A stretch of 64,000 bases of DNA from Deltaproteobacteria bacterium (GTDB lineage: Bacteria; Desulfobacterota; Binatia; Binatales; Binataceae): NCBI GenBank assembly GCA_021799495.1, contig JAJZAI010000008.1, positions 21,389-85,388 of the forward strand. The letters are read 5' to 3'. Shown piece after piece: positions 48,738 through 57,900 of this stretch (position 1 is its first letter; each line of letters begins with the position of its first letter). The notes beneath the pieces were generated by a model. It searched no databases and was not told where the DNA came from. It was given only the letters and a program-made list of their open reading frames with translations. A program made the position numbers and the translations under genes.

Positions 48738-49241
48738 CTAGCGCGAGAAATCGATTGGCTGCGGCAACGACCCTCCCGCATTGTACCCGTACACCATCCA
48801 TCCGCCCAAATCCGCCCCTTTCGCGAGCAACGCCGCCATCAACACCAGCCCCGCGACGAACACGGCGCGGCCGCGCCGCGGCATCGGTCGCGCCCACAGC
48901 GCCCATCCGCACAAGACCACGCTGAGCGCGAACATACTCAGCATGACACGCCGATGCGGTTCGAGAATATGATCGCGCACCGCCGGCGCGACCATCACCC
49001 CTTCGCCCGCGCGCAACCCGCTCCAGACGGCGAAAAGCGCCGCGATCGTACCCAACAGCAACGTCCAGAGCGCCGTCCACTGCAGCGCGTCGCGCCGCCA
49101 GATCCACGCCCACGGGTACAAAAACGCCGCAGCGAACAGCAGCCCGATCGGAAAATGAACGATCAGCGGATGGATATTCTGCAGGACTTCAACGCCTTGC
49201 GGTATGAAAAAATCCCGCAGTGCGGCCCAAAGTCCGGCCAT
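48738..49241 (-). CDS. DUF2231-domain membrane protein
   Basis: IHPLIVHFPIGL, four TMs, G-x2-A, conserved H and GADLGGWMVY. Confidence 0.85.
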   Translation of the reverse strand: MAGLWAALRDFFIPQGVEVLQNIHPLIVHFPIGLLFAAAFLYPWAWIWRRDALQWTALWTLLLGTIAALFAVWSGLRAGEGVMVAPAVRDHILEPHRRVMLSMFALSVVLCGWALWARPMPRRGRAVFVAGLVLMAALLAKGADLGGWMVYGYNAGGSLPQPIDFSR

Positions 49242-49247
49242 CGCGCG

Positions 49248-49601
49248 CTATTTCACCGCTTGAACGGTGAGATACTGCACACCACCCTTTTCGTAGGCGT
49301 CGCCGGTGACAGTGACCTGGTCTTCCATCTTGCTAACGACGTTCGATCCAAGCGTGGTGTCGTTCTTCGGCGGCAGCAGAATATAAATTTTGTCCGTGCC
49401 CTTTTCGACCAGCGCCACCGGGATGCCCTTTTTGGCGCATCCGACGGCGCATTTCTTGTGACTGGCGCCGTGCGCGCCCATCGTCACGTAGCAAAAACTG
49501 TCTTCGAGCGTGCCGGTGACCGTCTTCTGCGCGGCCGACGCCGCCGTCGCCAGGCTCGCGGCCATCGCCAACCCCAACGCCGCACTCAGGAATGTCTTCA
49601 T
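49248..49601 (-). CDS. Small secreted protein with D-x2-C...H-x2-C-x3-C motif
   Basis: Signal peptide (ASA|A), TVTGTLEDSFCY, HKKCAVGCAKKGIP and VTVTG; GGAGG SD. Confidence 0.8.
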   Translation of the reverse strand: MKTFLSAALGLAMAASLATAASAAQKTVTGTLEDSFCYVTMGAHGASHKKCAVGCAKKGIPVALVEKGTDKIYILLPPKNDTTLGSNVVSKMEDQVTVTGDAYEKGGVQYLTVQAVK

Positions 49602-49701
49602 GGCGCGCACCTCCGTACGCTGCGTGCTCGCGGCGCCAGGTTCGCCGCAAGGGTCATTTCGGATGTCGATGGATTATTGCAAAAACCGCGGGCGCGAGCG
49701 A

Positions 49702-50742
49702 TCAGCGCCGCACCGGACGCGCTTCGACCGGCGCGCCGACGCCGCCCATCAATTCGCGCCACCGCGCCCGCCGCATCCGCCATCCGCCCGGTCCAAGCCG
49801 CGCCAGATGACGGTTGAGCGCCTGCCGGATTTCGTTGTCGAGCCGCTCCATCTCGACTTCCTCGGGCAGCTTCGATCGATCGCGTCCGTCCTCGATTCCG
49901 TGCCGGCGGCGTCCGTAAAGCTCCTGCAGGCGCAGTTCGGCGCGCGCCATCGCGAGCCGGTATTTCTGATCGAGCCGCCTCAGCGCTTCGTTCATTTCGG
50001 CCACGGCGCGATAGCGGGCGCGCAAAATCAGCCACTCGGCAATCGCCGCCAACGTGATGCCGAACATCAGCAGCGCCGCCACCGCCGATCCCCACGCCGT
50101 CGCACGCCACCACGGCAGCGTGACCAGCTCGTGCTGATATTCGCTGACGTTGGCGTCGGTCGAGGCCGCGCGCTGGCGCGCGTCGTCCAGGGCGTTTTGC
50201 GCGGTTTGCGCCTTTTGCGCCGCTTCCTGCGCGTCGATCGTCAACCGATCGATTTCGGCGTTAAGTTCGCGTTCGCGCGCCAGAAACGGATTCGGGATGC
50301 GAATCGTATCGCCCGCCATCAAATTGTCGTCCGAGAGGCGGCGGTTCGCCCGCGTCAAATCCGAAACGTCCACACCGAACAGCGCCGCGATTCCTTCGAG
50401 CGTGTCGCCCGGACGGATCGTGTAGGGAAAATAGGCGCGCGGCCGATGCGGTTGCGCTTCCGCCGCCGCGGCCGGATTCGCCTGATCGCGCGGCGGGCGG
50501 GCAGCCGCATTGTCCGGCTGATCGGTTTCGGCCGGAGACCCGCTGGGAGCGGATGGCGACGCGGTCGCTGAGGACGAAACCGCCGGGCGCGCGCGATGCA
50601 ACGGCGGCGATGCGGGCAGATCTACTTCGGTTGGCTCAGCCTGTGCCGTGCGAACCGCGTGCGGTCCAAAGATCGCCGCCATCGTCAGCAATATTCCGCC
50701 GGCGAACGCCGCCGTCGGGAAATTTGAAACGGCGCCCTTCAT
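49702..50742 (-). CDS. LysM-domain membrane-anchored coiled-coil protein
   Basis: Signal-like N-terminus, Pro/Ala linker, LysM (YTIRPGDTLEGIAALFGV...L..GDTIRIP), coiled coil, TM, second coiled coil. Start uncertain. Confidence 0.75.
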   Translation of the reverse strand: MKGAVSNFPTAAFAGGILLTMAAIFGPHAVRTAQAEPTEVDLPASPPLHRARPAVSSSATASPSAPSGSPAETDQPDNAAARPPRDQANPAAAAEAQPHRPRAYFPYTIRPGDTLEGIAALFGVDVSDLTRANRRLSDDNLMAGDTIRIPNPFLARERELNAEIDRLTIDAQEAAQKAQTAQNALDDARQRAASTDANVSEYQHELVTLPWWRATAWGSAVAALLMFGITLAAIAEWLILRARYRAVAEMNEALRRLDQKYRLAMARAELRLQELYGRRRHGIEDGRDRSKLPEEVEMERLDNEIRQALNRHLARLGPGGWRMRRARWRELMGGVGAPVEARPVRR

Positions 50743-50869
50743 AGAGCTTGCAAACAGACGAAAGTCTAATCGAAATCTCCATCCAAGCAAAGGTCGATTT
50801 CCGCAACTTTGCAACGTATTGCACGAATCAGCGCGCGTCTGACTATTATTGCGCCAGCCTCGCCGCAAA

Positions 50870-51622
50870 TTACGCCGTAAATCCTCGCAAGCCGGCGATT
50901 TCCATGCACGCCAGATACTCGCGATTCCCCGCCGCCCCCGCGATCGGCGATTCGATCGCGCCCGGCGCCGTGAATCCGTGCGTCCGCGCGAATTCGAGAA
51001 TCTCCGCCAAAGCCGCGGCGCGCAATCCTTCGTTGCGCACCACGCCGCCTTTGCCGACCATGCCGCGGCCGACCTCGAATTGCGGCTTCACCAGCGCGAT
51101 AAACGTCGCGCCAGGCGCGGCCAGCGCGCGCGCCGCCGGCAAAACCAGCTTGAGCGAAATGAAGCTCACGTCGATCGTCACCAGATCCGGCCGATATGGC
51201 AGCGCCGCCGCGTCAACGTGGCGGATATTCGCGCGATCGATCACAGTCACGCGCGGGTCGCGCCTCAAACGGTCGGCAAGCTGGCCGTAGCCAACGTCGA
51301 GCGCGATCACGTGGGCGGCGCCGCGCCGCAAGAGCACATCGGTGAAGCCGCCGGTTGACGCGCCGATATCGAGCGCGCGCCGGCCGGTGGCGTCGATCGC
51401 GAAATGGTCCATCGCGCGGGCCAGCTTGCAGCCGCCCCGGCTCGCATATTCCGGTCCCGCGCCAATCACCAGGATTTCCGCCGTTTCATCGACGCGCAGG
51501 TCGGGCTTGGCGGCGGGCCGCGAATTCACGCGGACGCGGCCGGCCATGATCAGCCGCGCCGCGCGCTCGCGGCTTTCCGCGAGACCGCGGCGCGCCATCT
51601 CGGCGTCCAGCCGCGCGCGCAT
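50870..51622 (-). CDS. tlyA: TlyA-family rRNA methyltransferase
   Basis: S4 domain, YASRGG.KL, LDIGASTGGFTD, DVGYGQL, DVSFISL and LVKPQFE. Confidence 0.95.
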   Translation of the reverse strand: MRARLDAEMARRGLAESRERAARLIMAGRVRVNSRPAAKPDLRVDETAEILVIGAGPEYASRGGCKLARAMDHFAIDATGRRALDIGASTGGFTDVLLRRGAAHVIALDVGYGQLADRLRRDPRVTVIDRANIRHVDAAALPYRPDLVTIDVSFISLKLVLPAARALAAPGATFIALVKPQFEVGRGMVGKGGVVRNEGLRAAALAEILEFARTHGFTAPGAIESPIAGAAGNREYLACMEIAGLRGFTA

Positions 51623-51670
51623 CGTCAGGCCCGGTTGGTCCCGCGCCGCGAGCGCGAACCGACGCGGGCG

Positions 51671-51967
51671 TCAATCCGGATTTTCGTCTTCATCGTCGAG
51701 CGGCTCGCTGATCAACTCGCCGTCGGGACCGCGCGTCAGCACTTCGACGCGGCGCTCGGCCTCGTCGAGGCGGCGGTTGAGCGCGCGCACCAGGCCGACG
51801 CCGCGTTCAAAGTCCGCAATCGATTCTTCAAGCGATCGTTCTCCCGATTCGATCCGCGCGACGATCGCCTCAAGCTCGGCCAACTGATCTTCAAATTTGA
51901 CCGAATCGTCCGCCTGCGCTGAACCCGCGTCGCCGGCGGCCGGCGGATTTTTTCGTTGCGTCGCCAT
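51671..51967 (-). CDS. xseB: Exodeoxyribonuclease VII small subunit
   Basis: FEDQLAELEAIVARIESGERSLEESIADFERG; follows xseA. Confidence 0.93.
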   Translation of the reverse strand: MATQRKNPPAAGDAGSAQADDSVKFEDQLAELEAIVARIESGERSLEESIADFERGVGLVRALNRRLDEAERRVEVLTRGPDGELISEPLDDEDENPD

Positions 51968-51975
51968 CCCGATGC

Positions 51976-53340
51976 CTAGACCTCCCGGCCGGTCGTGCGG
52001 GCGCGCAGGCGCCCGCGAAAAAGCCTGATTTCCAAATCGCCGCCGACCGCGGCACGTTCCGCGTCGGTCAGCGCGCGTCCGGTCGCGGCGTCCTTGACCA
52101 CCGCGTAACCGCGTTCGAGCACGCGCAGGGGCGAGACGCCGTCAAGGCGGCCCGACGCGGCGCGAAACCGGCCGCGCGCCTGCTCGATTCGCGACGAGAT
52201 CGCGGCGTTCAGACGCTCAGCCGCGGCCGCCGCCGCAAGCCGCCGTTCGCGCGCCAGCGGCGCGGGACTGCGCAGCCCGGCGCGCAACTCCGCCACCCGC
52301 GCGCGCGCCGTCATCACGCGCCGCTGGAACGCCGCCGCAAGCTCCAGCGCGGCATCGTCGGCGGATTGGCGGGCCTGCCTGATGGCGGCGCGCGGATCGC
52401 CGAACCGGGCGCGGAGATGTTCCAGTTCGCGCCGCCAGTTGTTAATCGATCGCGCCGCCGCAACGGCCAGTTTGCGCCGCCGATCTGTCAAGAAATTCTG
52501 AATTTCGGCCAGCTCCGGCACGACCATTTGCGCGGCCGCCGACGGCGTCGGCGCGCGCCGATCGGCGACGAAATCGGCGATCGTGAAGTCGATTTCATGG
52601 CCCACCGCCGAAACCACGGGAATCCGCGATCGGTAAATCGCCCGCGCGACAACCTCCTCGTTGAAAGCCCACAGGTCTTCGAGCGATCCGCCGCCGCGGC
52701 CGACGATAATCACCTCGGCGCGTCCGTCCGCGTTGAGATCGTCGATCGCCGCCGCGATATCGGCCGCCGCCGACTGGCCCTGAACCAGCGCGGGCCTGAC
52801 GATGACGTGCAGGCGCGGAAACCGGTCGTGGAGAATCCGCAGGATATCGCGCAGGCCCGCGCCGCCGCGCGCCGTCGCCACGCCGACCGCGCGCGGCAGA
52901 TACGGCAGCTCGCGCTTGCGCGCGGGATCGAACAAGCCTTCGGCCTCAAGCCGGCGCTTGAGCTGCTCGAACGCGATTTGCAGCGCGCCGGTGCCGCGCG
53001 GCTCAAGCTCCTCGGCGTAAACCTGCAGATCGCCGCGCGCCTCGTAGATGCCCACGCGCCCGCGCACCAGCACTTCCATCCCGCTTTCGAGCTTGAAGCG
53101 CAGGCGGCGATTCTCCGACGCGAACATCACGACGGAGATCGCGCTCTGCTCGTCCTTGAGCGTGAAGTAACAATGGCCCGAGGGCGGGATGCGGACGTTC
53201 GAGATTTCGCCGGCGACCCAGAACTCGCCGAGATTGCGCCGCAGCGCGTCGCGCACCGTGCGCACCAGCTCGGTGACGCTCATCGCGCCGCGCGCGGCTT
53301 CGGCCGCGCGCGGAATCGTCAGTTCAAGCTGCCCCGGCAT
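51976..53340 (-). CDS. xseA: Exodeoxyribonuclease VII large subunit
   Basis: GEISN, SGHCYFTLKD, RGGGSLEDLWAFNEE, SAVGHEID, RAPTPSAAA and LERGYA. Confidence 0.96.
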   Translation of the reverse strand: MPGQLELTIPRAAEAARGAMSVTELVRTVRDALRRNLGEFWVAGEISNVRIPPSGHCYFTLKDEQSAISVVMFASENRRLRFKLESGMEVLVRGRVGIYEARGDLQVYAEELEPRGTGALQIAFEQLKRRLEAEGLFDPARKRELPYLPRAVGVATARGGAGLRDILRILHDRFPRLHVIVRPALVQGQSAAADIAAAIDDLNADGRAEVIIVGRGGGSLEDLWAFNEEVVARAIYRSRIPVVSAVGHEIDFTIADFVADRRAPTPSAAAQMVVPELAEIQNFLTDRRRKLAVAAARSINNWRRELEHLRARFGDPRAAIRQARQSADDAALELAAAFQRRVMTARARVAELRAGLRSPAPLARERRLAAAAAAERLNAAISSRIEQARGRFRAASGRLDGVSPLRVLERGYAVVKDAATGRALTDAERAAVGGDLEIRLFRGRLRARTTGREV

Positions 53341-53400
53341 CGCGGAGTTCGCGCCGGCCGGGCCGGCGCCCGCCCGGCTGCGCGCGCGCTTCAAGAGCGC

Positions 53401-54834
53401 TCAGTTCGCGCTCGCCGCTTTGACGGGCGCGGGCGCTTGATCGTTGCGCGCAAGGTCGGTTTTGTACTTGCTCCAATGCTCCAGGATGCTGATCGCCTTT
53501 TCAAGCTGAACATCCTTTTCCGGCTTCGCCGCCGCGGCTCCCGCGGCCGACTGCTGCGCAGGCTCGCCGGCGCCGCCGCCGGCCGCAGGCTGCGCCTTGC
53601 GACGGACCTGCCCGTTCTTGAAGTGATGGAGCAGGTCGCGCTCGTGGATCTCCTCGTTGAGATCGATTTTCGCGCCCGACTGTTCGAGCGCGGCGATCGT
53701 CTCCTGCGGCGGCTCGACGACGACGTCGGGCGTGATTCCCACCGCCTGAATCGAACGGCCGTTGGGCGTGTAGTAGCGCGCCGTCGTCAGCCTGAGCGCC
53801 GATTCGTCGTCGAGCGGCAGGATCGTCTGCACCGAACCCTTGCCGAAGGTCTGCGTGCCCTCGATAATCGCGCGCCGCTGATCCTGCAGCGCGCCGGCGA
53901 CGATTTCGCTCGCGCTCGCGCTGCCGCCGTTCACCAGCACCACCATCGGATAGTCTTCAAACGACTTCTTCTTCTGCGCGAAAAATTTCTGCTGCTGGTT
54001 CTCGGTGCGTCCCTGCGTGTAAACGATCAGGCCGCCGTCAAGAAAATCGTTGCCGATCGCCACCGCCTGGTTCAAAAGCCCGCCCGGATTGTCGCGCAAA
54101 TCGAGCACCAGGCCCTTGATTTTGCCGTGGTCCTCCTTGCGGAATTTCGCGAGCGCGCCGGCCACGTCGGTGTCGGTGCCGTCCTGGAAAGTGGTGATCC
54201 GGATATAGTCGTAACCGTCCTTAAGGTTCTTGGCCTTGACCGAATCAATATGAATCACGTCGCGCGTGACCGTCACGGTGAAGAGGTCGGGAATGCCCTC
54301 GCGATGGATGGTCAGGCGGATTTTGCTGCCTTTCGGCCCGCGCATCCGCTTGACCGCGTCGGTCAGCGTCATGCCTTTGGTGAAATCGTTGTCGATCTTG
54401 ATAATCTGGTCGCCCGACTTGATTCCGGCTTTGTACGCCGGCGTTCCCTCGATCGGCGAGACCACGGTCAGCACGTCGTTGCGGATCGTGATTTCGATGC
54501 CCAAGCCGCCGAAACTGCCGCGCGTCTCGACTTCCAGATCGCGATAAAGATCGGGCGTCAGGTACGCGCTATGCGGATCCAGCGACGCCAGCATCCCGGT
54601 GATCGCGCCGTTGATAAGCTGCTTGGTCGTAACCGGCTCGACATAGTTTTTCTGCACGATCGCCAGCACGTTGGCGAACGTTTGCAGCTCCTTGTAGGTA
54701 TCGTCGGGCAGGGCTTGCGCGCGCTCGACCGCCAAATCGCCGATCACGAGCACGCACACGCCCAGCGCGATTAACAGCGCCACAATCAACCGGTTGCGTT
54801 TATTTGATGACATCCGAAATCCGCCTGGGTTCAT
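53401..54834 (-). CDS. ctpA: Carboxy-terminal processing protease (S41, PDZ)
   Basis: LDPHSAY, GLGIEI (PDZ), DLRDNPGG, SASASEIVAGALQD and TFGKGSVQ. Confidence 0.93.
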   Translation of the reverse strand: MNPGGFRMSSNKRNRLIVALLIALGVCVLVIGDLAVERAQALPDDTYKELQTFANVLAIVQKNYVEPVTTKQLINGAITGMLASLDPHSAYLTPDLYRDLEVETRGSFGGLGIEITIRNDVLTVVSPIEGTPAYKAGIKSGDQIIKIDNDFTKGMTLTDAVKRMRGPKGSKIRLTIHREGIPDLFTVTVTRDVIHIDSVKAKNLKDGYDYIRITTFQDGTDTDVAGALAKFRKEDHGKIKGLVLDLRDNPGGLLNQAVAIGNDFLDGGLIVYTQGRTENQQQKFFAQKKKSFEDYPMVVLVNGGSASASEIVAGALQDQRRAIIEGTQTFGKGSVQTILPLDDESALRLTTARYYTPNGRSIQAVGITPDVVVEPPQETIAALEQSGAKIDLNEEIHERDLLHHFKNGQVRRKAQPAAGGGAGEPAQQSAAGAAAAKPEKDVQLEKAISILEHWSKYKTDLARNDQAPAPVKAASAN

Positions 54835-54879
54835 TTAAGTCCGGTCCGCGCGGCGCCTCGTAGAGCGCGGCCGGCCGAA

Positions 54880-55479
54880 TTATCCGTTCTTCGCCTTGAC
54901 CAAATCCACGAGCGCTTCGCTGATATCCGGATTCGCCCAATCATAGGGTCCAAGATGATGCGCCACGATCCGGCCCTGCTGGTCGATGATGAAAGTTTCC
55001 GGAATGCCGCTCACGTCGTAGGCGTCGCCGACCTTGTTCGCCGGATCGAGCAGCACCGGAAACTTGAAGCCGTATTTGGCCATGAAGGGCGCGACCGCGG
55101 CTTTGCCGTCGCTATCCTGGCTGACCGCGAGAATCACGAAATTGGGATCGCCGCGCAGCTTTTCATAGAGTTTTTCGATCGACGGCATCTCCTCGCGGCA
55201 CGGCCCGCACCATGTCGCCCAGATATTCAGGAATACCACTTTGCCGCGCAGTCCGGAGAGCGTGACGGTCTTGCCGTCGAGGCCGGTCAAAGTGAAGTTC
55301 GCCGCCATCTTGCCCGCAGCGACCTCATTGCCCGCCGCCGCCGGCTTGATCGTGACCGGCGCGTCCGCCGCCGTATCGGCCGGGCCAGGGCCGCCGAAAT
55401 TCACCGCCGCGATCAGGACTAGCGCCGCGAGCAGCACCGCTCCCGCGATCAGCGAAAGTATCTTCGCGTCCCGTCCCAT
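54880..55479 (-). CDS. TlpA/ResA-family thiol:disulfide oxidoreductase
   Basis: N-terminal TM, LNIWATWCGPCREEMP and GIPETFIID. Confidence 0.92.
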   Translation of the reverse strand: MGRDAKILSLIAGAVLLAALVLIAAVNFGGPGPADTAADAPVTIKPAAAGNEVAAGKMAANFTLTGLDGKTVTLSGLRGKVVFLNIWATWCGPCREEMPSIEKLYEKLRGDPNFVILAVSQDSDGKAAVAPFMAKYGFKFPVLLDPANKVGDAYDVSGIPETFIIDQQGRIVAHHLGPYDWANPDISEALVDLVKAKNG

Positions 55480-55482
55480 CGC

Positions 55483-56319
55483 TCAGGCCCTCAACGTGGC
55501 CGGCGGTTCGACTGCGGCGCCGCGCCGCGGCGCGCTGGCGTACCAGACCGCCGCGCCCGCCGCCATCATCACGATCGAAATCAACTGCGCTTCGCTCAGG
55601 CCCCACAAAACGCGCGGGTTGATGCGCAGAAACTCGACCAGAAACCGCACCAGCCCCGACAGCATCAGGTACAACGCCAGCAGCCGCCCTTCCGGCGCGG
55701 CCCGCCGTATCGACCACAGCAGCGCGAAAATGCCGGCGTACAGGACCGCTTCGTAGATGGGCGTCGGATGCACCCGCACGCCGGGGAAATAGCCCGAAAC
55801 CAGGTTGTCGTTGGCGTCGAGCTTGAGCACCGTATGCGCGTTCCATCCGACGATCGCCTTCGGATACGCCATCGCCCACGGCAGCGTTGACGGCACGCCC
55901 CAGTCGCCGTCGCCCGACAGCAGGCATCCGAGCCGGCCGAACGCCTGGCCAAGCACTAGCGCCGGCGCGCTCATGTCGAACAATTGAACGATTCCGACCC
56001 GGTAGCGGCGCGCGACGATGGCGGTCGCGACGACCCCGCCAATAAAACCGCCGTACCATACGAAGCCCGCGCCCGAAAACACGATCGACCACGGATTCGC
56101 CCGATAAATCGGCCAATTGTCAAATACGTCGTAAAGCCGCGAACCGGCGATTCCACCGATCGCGGCCCAGACCACGGCGGCGTTCGCGAGGTCCGTGTCG
56201 ATCCCGCGCCGGCGGCATTCGCTCGTCAGCAGCAGGTCGGCCGAGATAAAGCCCAACGCCATCATCAGGCCGTAGCTGTAAATTGTGATCGGCCCCAGAT
56301 GCAGCAAAACCGGAATCAT
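55483..56319 (-). CDS. lgt: Prolipoprotein diacylglyceryl transferase
   Basis: IYSYG, GSRL, GFVWYGG, QAFGRLGC, HPTPIYE and RFLVEFLR. Confidence 0.93.
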   Translation of the reverse strand: MIPVLLHLGPITIYSYGLMMALGFISADLLLTSECRRRGIDTDLANAAVVWAAIGGIAGSRLYDVFDNWPIYRANPWSIVFSGAGFVWYGGFIGGVVATAIVARRYRVGIVQLFDMSAPALVLGQAFGRLGCLLSGDGDWGVPSTLPWAMAYPKAIVGWNAHTVLKLDANDNLVSGYFPGVRVHPTPIYEAVLYAGIFALLWSIRRAAPEGRLLALYLMLSGLVRFLVEFLRINPRVLWGLSEAQLISIVMMAAGAAVWYASAPRRGAAVEPPATLRA

Positions 56320-56424
56320 CGTTCAACCAAGTATAATACGGTTGCGGCAAGTACGACACTATCGCTCCGGCCGCCGCGGCCGCGGGATTGCGCCGCGCCA
56401 TCGCGATAGTTTATTGACGCTCCG

Positions 56425-56904
56425 ATGCGCGCGATTGTTCAACGGGTCAGTTCGGCCGAAGTCCGGGTCGGCGGGCGCACGATCGGCAAAATCGGCCCGG
56501 GATTCGCCGTGCTGCTCGGCGTGACGCATGGCGACGACGAAGCCGACGCCGATTATATCGCCGATCGGATCGCCGGAATGAGGGTCTTCGCGGACGCCGC
56601 GGGAAAGATGAATCTGGCGCTGGCCGCGGCCGGCGGCGCGGTGCTGGCGATTTCGCAGTTCACGCTCTACGCCGATCCCGGCCAGCGCCGGCCGTCATTT
56701 GCCGCGGCGGCGGCGCCCGAGCCGGCGCGGCGCCTGTACGAATGCTTTGTCTCGCGCCTGCGCGCGCGCGATGTTAGCGTGGAAACAGGCGAGTTCGGCG
56801 CCCACATGGAATTGGCGCTGGTCAACGACGGCCCGGTCACAATCATCCTCGATAGCCGGGAACGCCGCCCAGCGGCTCGTCCGAATTCTTCGGAGATTCG
56901 TTAA
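56425..56904 (+). CDS. dtd: D-aminoacyl-tRNA deacylase
   Basis: MRAIVQRV, SQFTL, GEFGAHM and NDGPVT. Confidence 0.96.
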   Translation: MRAIVQRVSSAEVRVGGRTIGKIGPGFAVLLGVTHGDDEADADYIADRIAGMRVFADAAGKMNLALAAAGGAVLAISQFTLYADPGQRRPSFAAAAAPEPARRLYECFVSRLRARDVSVETGEFGAHMELALVNDGPVTIILDSRERRPAARPNSSEIR

Positions 56905-56908
56905 CGCG

Positions 56909-57394
56909 ATGGCGCGGGCAGGATTTTACGCGGTCGAAGCGGGCAGGATTTCCTTCCGCCGCGACGGCCATTGGTACAACGACGACGAGCGCATCGAAAA
57001 TCCGCGCATCGCGCTGCTCTTTAGCCGCAGCCTCAAGCGCGCCCCCGACGGCGGCTACTACCTGCAAGTGGCCGAAGAGCGCGCGCCGATCACGGTCGAG
57101 GACACGCCTTACGTCGTGGTCACGGTCGAAGACGCGCCGGACGGCGGGCTGGTCCTCGTCACCAACGACGAGGAACGCGAGCCGCTCGATCCGGCGGCGC
57201 TCGAGGTCGGTTCCGGCCACGTTTTGTATTGCACGGTCAAAGGCGGACAGTTCCGCGCGCGGTTCTTGCGCTCGGCCTACTACCATCTGGCCGATCGCTT
57301 CGTCGCCGCGGACGGCGGCAAGGGCTTCGCGATCGAAATCGCCGGCCGGCGCTATCCGATCCGCTACGCCGCGGCCGCGCACGATCCTTCCTGA
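56909..57394 (+). CDS. DUF1285-like protein
   Basis: I-x-F-x2-DGHWY, ITVEDTPYVV and A-x-F-x-R-x-AYY; lies between dtd and trmL. Confidence 0.7.
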   Translation: MARAGFYAVEAGRISFRRDGHWYNDDERIENPRIALLFSRSLKRAPDGGYYLQVAEERAPITVEDTPYVVVTVEDAPDGGLVLVTNDEEREPLDPAALEVGSGHVLYCTVKGGQFRARFLRSAYYHLADRFVAADGGKGFAIEIAGRRYPIRYAAAAHDPS

Positions 57395-57401
57395 AACCAA
57401 A

Positions 57402-57896
57402 TTGGCTACGCTCGCGGCTCCAACCTTCAATATCGTGCTGGTGCGGCCCGAAATTCCGCAGAACTCCGGGGCGATCGGGCGGCTCGCGGCGGCGGCCAAA
57501 GCGCGGCTCCATCTGGTGGGACCGCTCGGTTTCTCGCTCGCGGATCGCTATCTGAAGCGCGCCGGCCTCGATTACTGGCCGTTCGTCGATTTGCGCGTCT
57601 ATCGCGACTGGGAGGAGTTCGACGCGCTTCATCAGACGCTGCGTTCGTCTTCTTTCCGGTATTTCTCGGCACGGGCGCAAAAAACCTATCTGGCGGCGGA
57701 TTACCGCGCCGGCGATTATCTCGTCTTTGGCAGCGAGACCAAGGGGCTCGGCGCGGATTTTCTCGCGCCGCACGCCAATTCCGCCTATCGCATTCCGATC
57801 TTCGAGCCGGGCGTGCGCAGCCTGAATCTCGCCAATGCGGTTTCGATCGTCCTGTACGAAGGCCTGCGCCGCACGAATTTTCTCAAAGACGAGTGA
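57402..57896 (+). CDS. trmL: tRNA (cytidine(34)-2'-O)-methyltransferase
   Basis: PEIPQN.GAIGR, KRAGLDYW, FGSETKGL and RSLNLAN. Confidence 0.94.
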   Translation: MATLAAPTFNIVLVRPEIPQNSGAIGRLAAAAKARLHLVGPLGFSLADRYLKRAGLDYWPFVDLRVYRDWEEFDALHQTLRSSSFRYFSARAQKTYLAADYRAGDYLVFGSETKGLGADFLAPHANSAYRIPIFEPGVRSLNLANAVSIVLYEGLRRTNFLKDE

Positions 57897-57900
57897 TTCT

